A stretch of DNA of 59,810 nucleotides from a virus (Duplodnaviria; Caudoviricetes), in IMG/VR virus record IMGVR_UViG_3300046787_000377, positions 1 to 59,810 of that record; one strand, 5' to 3'. This document shows positions 1 through 8,700 of this stretch, in pieces; the stretch's first letter is position 1, and the number at the start of each line of letters is the position of its first letter. Under the pieces are notes generated by a model, which worked only from the letters and a program-made list of their open reading frames with translations, made no database searches and was not told the DNA's origin. The position numbers were made by a program, and so were the translations under genes.

Positions 1-1
1 T

Positions 2-973
2 ACGTTACCAGTTCATATTATAGAATCTATAAAAAATGGTAATACTAAAATATTACTATCATCTATAGCAGAAGCAACTGAAATAACGAATGATTTTTTT
101 GATAATCTAAAATTAGAATTAAATAGATTTGAATTAAATGAAGACAATTTAATATTGTTAGATTCGAACCAAAACTTTTTGGATGTAACTACAAATTTTA
201 AAATATACACAACATTACATTTTATAGTCATTTGCAATTATCACCCAAACGAATTAAATGATTTAAATTATGTATCAGAATTACCAACGGAATCTGAAGT
301 TTTAAAGATTACACAAAGACGTAACCATTTTATTTGTTTAAATAGAAATTCTCAACGCCCTCACCGGTATTATTTATCGTTATTTTTTGAAAAATACAAA
401 TTGTACGAAAAATCTTTGTTTTCATTATTGTTACCATTACATCAAAATAATTTTGAAAAATTAAAATATTTAGAAGAGTATAAACCATTAGTAATGGAAA
501 AAATTCCATTAGAGTTAGATACTCAAAATAGGTTAAAATCATTGCAAGGATTTCATGTTGGGAATACATTTTTTAAAGACCATTATTTAGATTCGTATTT
601 TAATATCGTAACCGAAACCTGTTTTTCGGAAGGTCAAATATTTTTTACTGAAAAAATATTAAAACCAATTATGTGTTTACAACCATTCATAGTTTTATCA
701 TCACCGAATTATTTAAAAAAATTAAAAGAATTGGGGTTTAAAACATTTGATTCAATTTGGGATGAAAGTTACGATGAAATTGTTGATAATGAAGAGCGAT
801 TAATAAAAATATTTGAATTAATCCTAAAAATAAGTAACTGGTCATTAGAAGAGTGTGAAAAAAACTATAAATCAGTTTTAGATATATGTATATATAATAG
901 AAACCATCTAGCTACTTTTTGGGAAATAGATGAATTCAGTAATATTTTAAATTCAATAAAAAATGAATGGTAA
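2..973 (+). CDS. Putative glycosyltransferase-like protein, 5' partial; paralog of 4209..5621
   Basis: Frame is open from position 2, upstream of the tracked start at 155. Motifs LNRxxRPHR, NIVTET, FFTEKILKPI..QPFI and LKELGFKTF are shared with 4209..5621. Lies in a nucleotide-sugar cluster. Confidence 0.5.
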   Translation, partial: TLPVHIIESIKNGNTKILLSSIAEATEITNDFFDNLKLELNRFELNEDNLILLDSNQNFLDVTTNFKIYTTLHFIVICNYHPNELNDLNYVSELPTESEVLKITQRRNHFICLNRNSQRPHRYYLSLFFEKYKLYEKSLFSLLLPLHQNNFEKLKYLEEYKPLVMEKIPLELDTQNRLKSLQGFHVGNTFFKDHYLDSYFNIVTETCFSEGQIFFTEKILKPIMCLQPFIVLSSPNYLKKLKELGFKTFDSIWDESYDEIVDNEERLIKIFELILKISNWSLEECEKNYKSVLDICIYNRNHLATFWEIDEFSNILNSIKNEW

Positions 974-1928
974 AAAGGTTTTGATAACAGGTGCCAATGG
1001 TTTGGTTGGTAATTATATGGTAGAAAAATGTTTACAACGAGGTGCAATCGTAACCGCAGTAGATATCAATACTCCAGAAAATCAAATAGAAAAATACAAA
1101 CAAAGTGATTATCAGTTTATCAAAGCTGATTTAAGAGAATTCAAAAATTGTAAAAGAGTTGTGGAAGGACAGGATGTTATTTTCCACATTGCAGGTGTAA
1201 AGGGTTCTCCAAAAAGAGCAGCAGAACAACCTGCTGATTATTTTGTACCAATGTTGCAGTTTAACACCAATATGATGGAAGCTGCACGTTTAGAAAATGT
1301 AGAATGGTATGTTTATACATCGACAGTTGGAGTATATCAACCAGCGGAAGTATTTTACGAAGATGATGTTTGGAAAACGTTCCCATCAGAAAAAGATAAA
1401 TACGCAGGTTGGGCAAAAAGACTTGGAGAACTTCAAGCAGAAGTATATTCGGTATCATATAATTGGAATCAAGCATCAATTGTAAGACCTGCAAACATTT
1501 ATGGTAGACACGATAACTTCGGACCAGAATCTACTGTCATTGCATCACTAATCAAACGTTTATTTGGTGAAAAAGAACATCCATTGGTATGCTGGGGTGA
1601 TGGTTCACCTATTAGAGATTTTATCTATGCAGGAGATGTTGCCGATGGTATTATTCAAGCATATGAAGGTAAAATTACACAACCTATAAATTTAGGTAGT
1701 GGAACTGGTGTAACAATTAAAGAACTTGCAGAAACTCTTGTAGAAATATATGAAGAGATGTATGGTGAAAAAGTTGAAATAAATTGGGACCCTACTAAAC
1801 CAAATGGAGATGAAAAAAGATTAATGAGTACGGAACGTGCTGAATCATTTGGAATTAAACAAAAAATATCCTTAAAGACAGGATTAAGACATACAATAGA
1901 TTATTATTTAAACGAATACAAAAAATAA
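963..1928 (+). CDS. NAD-dependent epimerase/dehydratase (GDP-fucose synthase-like extended SDR)
   Basis: GANGLVG Rossmann motif, YAGWAK catalytic-type region, RPANIYG, WGDGSPIRDFIY. Confidence 0.85.
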   Translation: MNGKKVLITGANGLVGNYMVEKCLQRGAIVTAVDINTPENQIEKYKQSDYQFIKADLREFKNCKRVVEGQDVIFHIAGVKGSPKRAAEQPADYFVPMLQFNTNMMEAARLENVEWYVYTSTVGVYQPAEVFYEDDVWKTFPSEKDKYAGWAKRLGELQAEVYSVSYNWNQASIVRPANIYGRHDNFGPESTVIASLIKRLFGEKEHPLVCWGDGSPIRDFIYAGDVADGIIQAYEGKITQPINLGSGTGVTIKELAETLVEIYEEMYGEKVEINWDPTKPNGDEKRLMSTERAESFGIKQKISLKTGLRHTIDYYLNEYKK

Positions 1929-1931
1929 GTT

Positions 1932-2924
1932 ATGAAAAAAACGGATAAAATTTTAGTGACTGGTGCAAGTGGATTTATAGGTTCACATTTACTACGTTTA
2001 CTTTGGGAAAAGGGTTATAGAAATTTAAGAGCAACTGCTCATAGTAGAAATTTAAGAAACGATTTTGAAGGAACATCTGAAATTGCATTTTATAAAGGAA
2101 GTTTACAAGATGCTAAATTTTGTAAAGAAGTTTCAGAGGAAGTTGATGTAGTATTTCATTGTGCAGCAAATACATCCAATGCATTAGATACGAAAGAAAA
2201 TCCGTTATTACACGTTACTCCAAACGTAGAAATGAATGTAAATTTAATGGAACAAAGTTGGAGAAATGGTGTTAAGAAATTCTTATTTATTTCATCGAAT
2301 ACAGTTTATCCTGATATGAAGGATGAATTTTGTACGGAAGATATAAACATTCATGCAACACCAACATTTCCAATTTACGGAGCAGTTGGTAATATGAAAA
2401 GATATGGTGAATTACTTTGTGATTATTTTTCACATCAAATTCACAACCCAATGCAATGTTTAATTGTTAGACCATCAAACGCGTTTGGACCGAATGATAA
2501 ATTTGATTTTGAAAAGTGTCACGTTACTCCTGCAAACATCCGTAAAGTAGCAGATGGATTAGACCCAATACCAGTATGGGGTGATGGAACTGAAATCAGA
2601 GATTTATTACACGTAGAAGATATGGCCGATGGATTTATTTGGGTTGCTGAAAATAATGATACCTACAACATATTCAATGTTGCATATGGTAAAGGATTTA
2701 GTGTAAATGAAGTATTAGGTTGGTTGAAAGAATTAGATAATAATGATAAACCAGTTGAATATGTAAGTAACAAAGCACCTATGATTCCGGTTCGTTTATT
2801 ATCATCTAAAAAAATAAATGAAGCAGGTTGGAAACCTAAACGAGATTTAAAGGAAGCTCTAAAAGAAACATTGGAGTGGTATAAGCAAAACAAAAAACAA
2901 TTTAATCCAAATTCAAAACCATAA
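1932..2924 (+). CDS. NAD-dependent epimerase/dehydratase (extended SDR)
   Basis: GASGFIG, RPSNAFGPND, WGDGTEIRDLLHVED. Confidence 0.85.
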   Translation: MKKTDKILVTGASGFIGSHLLRLLWEKGYRNLRATAHSRNLRNDFEGTSEIAFYKGSLQDAKFCKEVSEEVDVVFHCAANTSNALDTKENPLLHVTPNVEMNVNLMEQSWRNGVKKFLFISSNTVYPDMKDEFCTEDINIHATPTFPIYGAVGNMKRYGELLCDYFSHQIHNPMQCLIVRPSNAFGPNDKFDFEKCHVTPANIRKVADGLDPIPVWGDGTEIRDLLHVEDMADGFIWVAENNDTYNIFNVAYGKGFSVNEVLGWLKELDNNDKPVEYVSNKAPMIPVRLLSSKKINEAGWKPKRDLKEALKETLEWYKQNKKQFNPNSKP

Positions 2925-3664
2925 TGGTAACCAGAGGTGTATTAGGAATCGGATGTTCTTTTATGTGGGGAGAAGGATTGTATTTTTATAGTAATCTTGC
3001 AAATACTCCACCTTTAAAAGAACAACATGCATTTGATGGTACACAAATATTAACCGAATCTCATATACAATTTAAAAACAAAAATAGATTTTTAAGAATT
3101 GTAGCAGATGAATATGGAATGTGGGATATTTCTAATATTGGAAATGGTGGTTCTAATGTTCGTAATATTAAAGATTATGTAGAGGGTTTTTTAATAAAAC
3201 CGGTTGGTTCTAATATAACTGATTTTGGTTTAGTGATATATCAATTTACCTCACCTGATAGAGATTTTATAAATCAACGTACAACTAAAGAAGGTTGGTT
3301 GACCGGTGACCCAATGCCAATAGAAGACCAATTAGAATTTATAAATAACACCATTACCGAATGGGAATCTAAAGGAGTGAAGGTGGTGACACTTAGTTGG
3401 TATGATGAATTCCCTAATCACCCATTATATCAAAAGTATTTTAAAAATAGACACGTTGATATTGAAGTAGATGGTGATGTTCATAATTCATTCGAATATT
3501 TTTTGCATAAAGACAAATATAACATAACAATATCTTCAGATTTTGCACGAAAGGGGTTTCAAAAAAATGATATACATTTTAATCCTAAGGGTCATAAATG
3601 TATTGCAAAATCAATAATTAAAAAATTAAAAAACGATAATTGGTCACCAACAAATATAATTTAA
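2924..3664 (+). CDS. SGNH/GDSL hydrolase-like protein
   Basis: GCSFMWG (block I), GNGGSN (block II), DIHFNPKGH (DxH block V). Confidence 0.6.
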   Translation: MVTRGVLGIGCSFMWGEGLYFYSNLANTPPLKEQHAFDGTQILTESHIQFKNKNRFLRIVADEYGMWDISNIGNGGSNVRNIKDYVEGFLIKPVGSNITDFGLVIYQFTSPDRDFINQRTTKEGWLTGDPMPIEDQLEFINNTITEWESKGVKVVTLSWYDEFPNHPLYQKYFKNRHVDIEVDGDVHNSFEYFLHKDKYNITISSDFARKGFQKNDIHFNPKGHKCIAKSIIKKLKNDNWSPTNII

Positions 3665-3670
3665 ACTAAA

Positions 3671-4216
3671 ATGAGTACACCAAATTTTACACCATATGTA
3701 GATGCATTGACAAGTGCTATGAAAACGATTATGCAAGATGATTCTACAATTTTCATAGGTCAACAAATTGTATATTATGGAAATCCTATGAGTAAAACTA
3801 TTGAAGGATTACCAAAGGAACGAATGATAGAAACACCAGTTATGGAAGAAACCCAAATGGGTATGACATTGGGTTTAGCTATGAATGGCCACAAAGTAGT
3901 AAGTTTTTATCCACGTTGGGATTTTTTAATATGTGCATCAAACCAACTAATAAATCATTTAGATAAAATAAAATTAATGTCAGATGATAATTGGAATCCA
4001 CATATTTTGATTAGAGTGGGAAAAGGTTCAGATAAACCATTAGACCCAGGTCATCAACATAAAGGAAATTACATTACAGAATTTAAATCGATGTGTCCTC
4101 ATATCGAATTTCACGACTTAAAAACTTGGCAAGATGTTGAGTTGAGTTATAAATACGCAATTGAAAATGTGGGAATCCACCTATTAGTGGAATATCCAGA
4201 ATTATACTATGCATAA
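3671..4216 (+). CDS. Transketolase / pyruvate dehydrogenase E1-beta-like pyrimidine-binding subunit
   Basis: IFIGQ, ETPVMEETQMGMTLGLAMNG, NQLINH, GHQH motifs; lacks the C-terminal domain. Confidence 0.75.
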   Translation: MSTPNFTPYVDALTSAMKTIMQDDSTIFIGQQIVYYGNPMSKTIEGLPKERMIETPVMEETQMGMTLGLAMNGHKVVSFYPRWDFLICASNQLINHLDKIKLMSDDNWNPHILIRVGKGSDKPLDPGHQHKGNYITEFKSMCPHIEFHDLKTWQDVELSYKYAIENVGIHLLVEYPELYYA

Positions 4217-5621
4217 TACCTTAAATAATTTTTATGTAGTTTATGATTTTTTTGGACCAAATGGACATATTCCAAATGCGTTCAATTACTTTTATGCATA
4301 TAAATTTTTTGAAGAAGGTGGTCAAATAAACAATGTAGTTAGTGACCATTTTTTTAAGAATTTTCTACAACCACCTGTATATAATGCTAATTTAAATTTA
4401 AATGTAAATTTATATAAAAAGATATCATTTAATGATTATTACGATATTAGAATAAAGGATGATAAATCATTTATTTATTTAGTAGAACCATTTGGTAGTT
4501 TTGCACAATTCTTAGGAAAACAAACACAATTTTCAGAATGGAATTTTATAGATTTCATTTCAGACCACGCATTAAATGAAATAAAACATACTCCTAGTTT
4601 CTATCTACATATAAATTTTTCAACAGAAGGTGTATTTGAAGAACATTTAATTGTTTACTTATACGAATTATTGAAGAAATACGAAATACCTGCTAATAAG
4701 GTAATATTCACAATATCTAGCGTTGATATTGAAAAAATTCACGATAAAATTTGTATTGAAAATAATATAACCGATAAAATAAAAGTAATTTATTGGGGTT
4801 GGTCATTAAGAATGAAATCATTAGAAATGAAACAACTATATTATGGTATAGAACATAAATTTTGGGAACATGTTAATAATCAAAGTACTATTGTAAAAGA
4901 AGAAGATATTGAGTTGGATAAAATAAGACCATATAAGTTCTTATTTATGAATCGTAGATTAAGACCTCAACGAGTTATATTACTTTCTTTATTAGGAACT
5001 GATTTTATAAATCAAAATTTAGTTTCATATGATATGAAAATGTTTGAAAGAGAAAATGACCTGTCATTTTTTTCACATCATCTAAGAACTAGTCATTTAG
5101 CACTAAATTCATTTAAAGAATTTCAAAATTTAGTAAAATTAGAAAAGAAAACAATTGATTATACTGATTTAGAATCAGTTTGGGGATTTAATTTTGAAAA
5201 TAAAGAACCATATTTAGATTCATACATTCACATATTATCAGAAACTAATTTCTATGAAACTGGTTTGTACTTATCCGAAAAGACGTGGAAACCAATTGGT
5301 CATTTACAACCATTTATAATGGTAAACAAACCTGGTGCACTAAAAGAATTGCACAACTTAGGATTTAAAACTTTCGCTCCATTTATTAATGAAGATTATG
5401 ATAATATTGAAAATGATTCCGAGCGTATGGAATTCATATATTCAGAAATAATGCGATTAAACTCATTATCAATCGAAGAAATCCATAATTGGTATAAGTC
5501 AATTTACGATATACTTATTTACAATAGAAATCTATTATTTGAATATTCAGATAAGAAAGATGAAATTGAAAATACCTTTTTAACAACATTAAAGAAAACA
5601 ATAAATGAAAAATCCCGTTAA
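4209..5621 (+). CDS. Putative glycosyltransferase-like protein
   Basis: NRRLRPQR, HILSET, LSEKTWKPI..QPFI, LGFKTF; paralog of the first ORF. Confidence 0.5.
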   Translation: MHNTLNNFYVVYDFFGPNGHIPNAFNYFYAYKFFEEGGQINNVVSDHFFKNFLQPPVYNANLNLNVNLYKKISFNDYYDIRIKDDKSFIYLVEPFGSFAQFLGKQTQFSEWNFIDFISDHALNEIKHTPSFYLHINFSTEGVFEEHLIVYLYELLKKYEIPANKVIFTISSVDIEKIHDKICIENNITDKIKVIYWGWSLRMKSLEMKQLYYGIEHKFWEHVNNQSTIVKEEDIELDKIRPYKFLFMNRRLRPQRVILLSLLGTDFINQNLVSYDMKMFERENDLSFFSHHLRTSHLALNSFKEFQNLVKLEKKTIDYTDLESVWGFNFENKEPYLDSYIHILSETNFYETGLYLSEKTWKPIGHLQPFIMVNKPGALKELHNLGFKTFAPFINEDYDNIENDSERMEFIYSEIMRLNSLSIEEIHNWYKSIYDILIYNRNLLFEYSDKKDEIENTFLTTLKKTINEKSR

Positions 5622-5724
5622 ATTTATATTAGATTGGTTCAAAAAACGTAAATTGGAAAAACAATACAAAAAACGTTTAGAAGAATTGCGTAAAAGAGAC
5701 CCATTCATTTACAAAAATCACTAA
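5605..5724 (+). CDS. Small basic protein, 39 aa (not in ORF track)
   Basis: Manual translation MKNPVKFILDWFKKRKLEKQYKKRLEELRKRDPFIYKNH; fills the intergenic gap. Confidence 0.6.
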   Translation: MKNPVKFILDWFKKRKLEKQYKKRLEELRKRDPFIYKNH

Positions 5725-5738
5725 TTATTAATTCATTC

Positions 5739-5746
5739 ATATTTAT
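5739..5746 (+). promoter_or_regulatory. Putative late promoter ATA(T/C)TTAT (representative copy)
   Basis: Same motif at 11541, 13849, 16061, 21891, 22287, 25251, 27739, 28201, 32567, 35490, 35544, 39242, 39915, 44625, 45962, 46324, 48709, 49301, 50322 and 58787, each upstream of a start codon. Confidence 0.7.
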
Positions 5747-5770
5747 ATACTAAGATAGAGTATATAGATT

Positions 5771-8700
5771 ATGAACGAACTAAGTAAATACCTAGCAGAA
5801 CAAATTCTATTGACTGAAGAAGAGTTAAAGAATTTTGTAGTAATATATGCAGGTAGATTCCAACCATTTCACAAAGGACACTTTGCAACTTATCAAGGAC
5901 TAGTAAAAAAGTTTGGTAAGGATAGAGTGTTTATCGGTACATCGAATAAAACCGATAATCAAAAATCCCCATTTAACTTTAAGGAAAAGAAAACCATAAT
6001 GACTAAAATGTTTGGTATACCATCAAACAAAATAGTTGAAGTGAAGAATCCTTATGCTCCAACTGAAATACTTAAAAATTTTGATGAAAATACAACCGGA
6101 TTTATTACTGTTGTTGGTGAGAAAGATGAACAACGTTTGGGTGGTAAATACTTTGAAAAATATAAAGGTAAAATAGAATTTGGGTATAAAGATAAAGGAT
6201 ATGTTTATGCTTCACCTGCACAACCAAACGCGGTTAGTGGAACTGATGTTCGTAATTGGTTAAGCAAAGGAACTGATGATGAAAAGAGAAAAAATTTCTT
6301 AAAAGCATACCCAAAATTTGATGAAACAATTTATAAATTCATTACACTTAAATTAGCAAAATTAGGTGAAGGTTTACATGAATCTATAAATGAAGCAAAA
6401 TGGGAAGAAGATACATATAGAAAGTGTATGCTAGGTAAATTACCACTTTCACTTAATATTGTTAAAAAATTAGTAGACCCTATAAGAACAACATCATTAC
6501 ATTCAACTGATGTTGAAAATTTATCAAACGTTGCTGGATTACAAGGAACTAAAAAATCAATTTCCACATTTACTAAAACTACCAAATGGGGAAAATTAGT
6601 TCAAGGAAAAGGTATGCATACAAAAGGTGGTGTAATTGTAGCATTATCAGGAGTAGTATTGGCACAAAGTATAATGGACTTGTGGACCGAACCTGATAAA
6701 CAAGGTAGAAGATGGGTAGAACCAGGAACTGTAATAGATGGGTTGGGTAGAGAAAGAGATGTTGTATTTAATTTTGCACCGGAATTAAAACCATACAAAG
6801 AAAAATGGAGAGAACATTCTTTTGATGGTACAATTACTAATGCAGAAAAAGCTGAATTCATAAAAAAATATTATGATGCAGCTGAAAAATATATGTTGAG
6901 TAAGAAAAAAGAATTTCAAGACAAATACTTAAACTCAAATAAATTATATTATGATTCTGATTGGAATGAAGTAGTTCTTACTGATATTAAAATTGAAAAG
7001 ATTTTAGCAGTTCCTTCTAACTGGAGTGATGATGAAGTTGAAAATGAAAAAACATTAAAACAACTTAAACAAAAATACAAAAATGTAGAAGTTGCAGATA
7101 AAGAATCTGAAATTCAAAACTTTATTAAACGAAATGGTGGAAGTATTGTAGAATCAGTAAATGAAGAAATTACATTAGATGTCAATATTGGTGATACCGT
7201 TTTAATGGGTAAATTTAAGAATAAAAAAGTAGTTGTCAAATCAATCGGTAAAGATGAACATGGAATGCCAACTATTAATGGTAAAAAAGTGGCTACATTC
7301 AGAATAATACCAAAACAAAATATTTTTAAAGAAGTTGCATCTATATCAAACGCAGGTGCAGATTCACAACCGGATGGTGGTTATATACCAAAAGGTAAAA
7401 AACGAAAATTAGGAGCAGATGATGGTGCTAATAGTAGTGATGAGTGGTTCGTAAGAGGTGGGTACACTCAAACCGATTTTCCTAAAGCAGATGCAATATT
7501 TGATAAAGAGGATGAAAATCAATTTACATTTAAAATTAAATCAAAAAATAATGCTAGAAGTGATTTTGATGCAACAACATACCCATATGCACCAACTGAT
7601 ATTGATGTAACAAAACCAGTGGAGAAAATAAAAGTGAAAAAACCTAAAAATAAAAAATTGGATATTGTTAAAGAATTGGTTGATGAATATTCTGAACTAT
7701 TAGATTTATTAGAAGCTTCTTCGGAAGATGAGAAATACACCCATATTGGGTATGGTAAATATAAAGAAAAAGGTAAAGAAAAAGACCAAAATTCTCCTAC
7801 ATTTACTAAAGATGATAGTGGAAAGTATATTCAATCAAAAACTGATACTAAACCTACACAAGATAAACCAACTGGTCAAGCAATACAAGGTGCAGATATG
7901 TTTAAACACGATAAAAGTGTTAAACAAGAACCTACAAAATCTAAAACGGATTGGACAAGTGGAAAAGATGGTTGGGAAATAATTGATGATGAGCGTTCTA
8001 AGGTAAAAAATATTAGACCATACACCGATGAAGAATTACAAGGTGAAACTGGTGAATATTTTGATAACGATGTAACTAAAAACGTTGCACCAACCGCTTT
8101 TAAAGATGAATCTGATATGATTCAAAAAATAAAAGATGCAACTCCAACTTATTTATCATCCGAGCAACTTCAAAATATGAATAACTCCGATGTAGGGGAT
8201 ATTCTTTCTGCAAGCGAAGATGGTGGTAAAGATTCCATGATGAAATTGGGACAAGAACGTGCAATGGATTATGGTAAAGATTGGAATAGATTAATAAAAG
8301 GTATTCAGACCGGGAACGATGTACCACCACCAATTGCATTAAAAGATAAAAATGGTGAACTACACTTAGTTGCAGGAAATACTCGTTTAATGTCATTTAC
8401 TGCCAATGGTAAAAACCTACCCGTAAAGGTAATAGATTACGATGGTGAGTTTAACTATGACGATAAAGGGGATTCACAATCAACTGAACCTAAACGTTCT
8501 ATATCAAAGAATATACAACGAAAAATTAGTGGTTGGGCAGAAAAAGAAAAAGAATTTTTTACTAAATCTCAAGATAAACCTAATTCAGAAACTCGTAGAA
8601 CAATTGGTGAAGCATTAAGAGATAAAGCAAAAGGAGCCGGGAAAGCAATTGCACATGGATTTAAACATGAGGCACATTTATTTAAAGAAGCAGCAAATGC

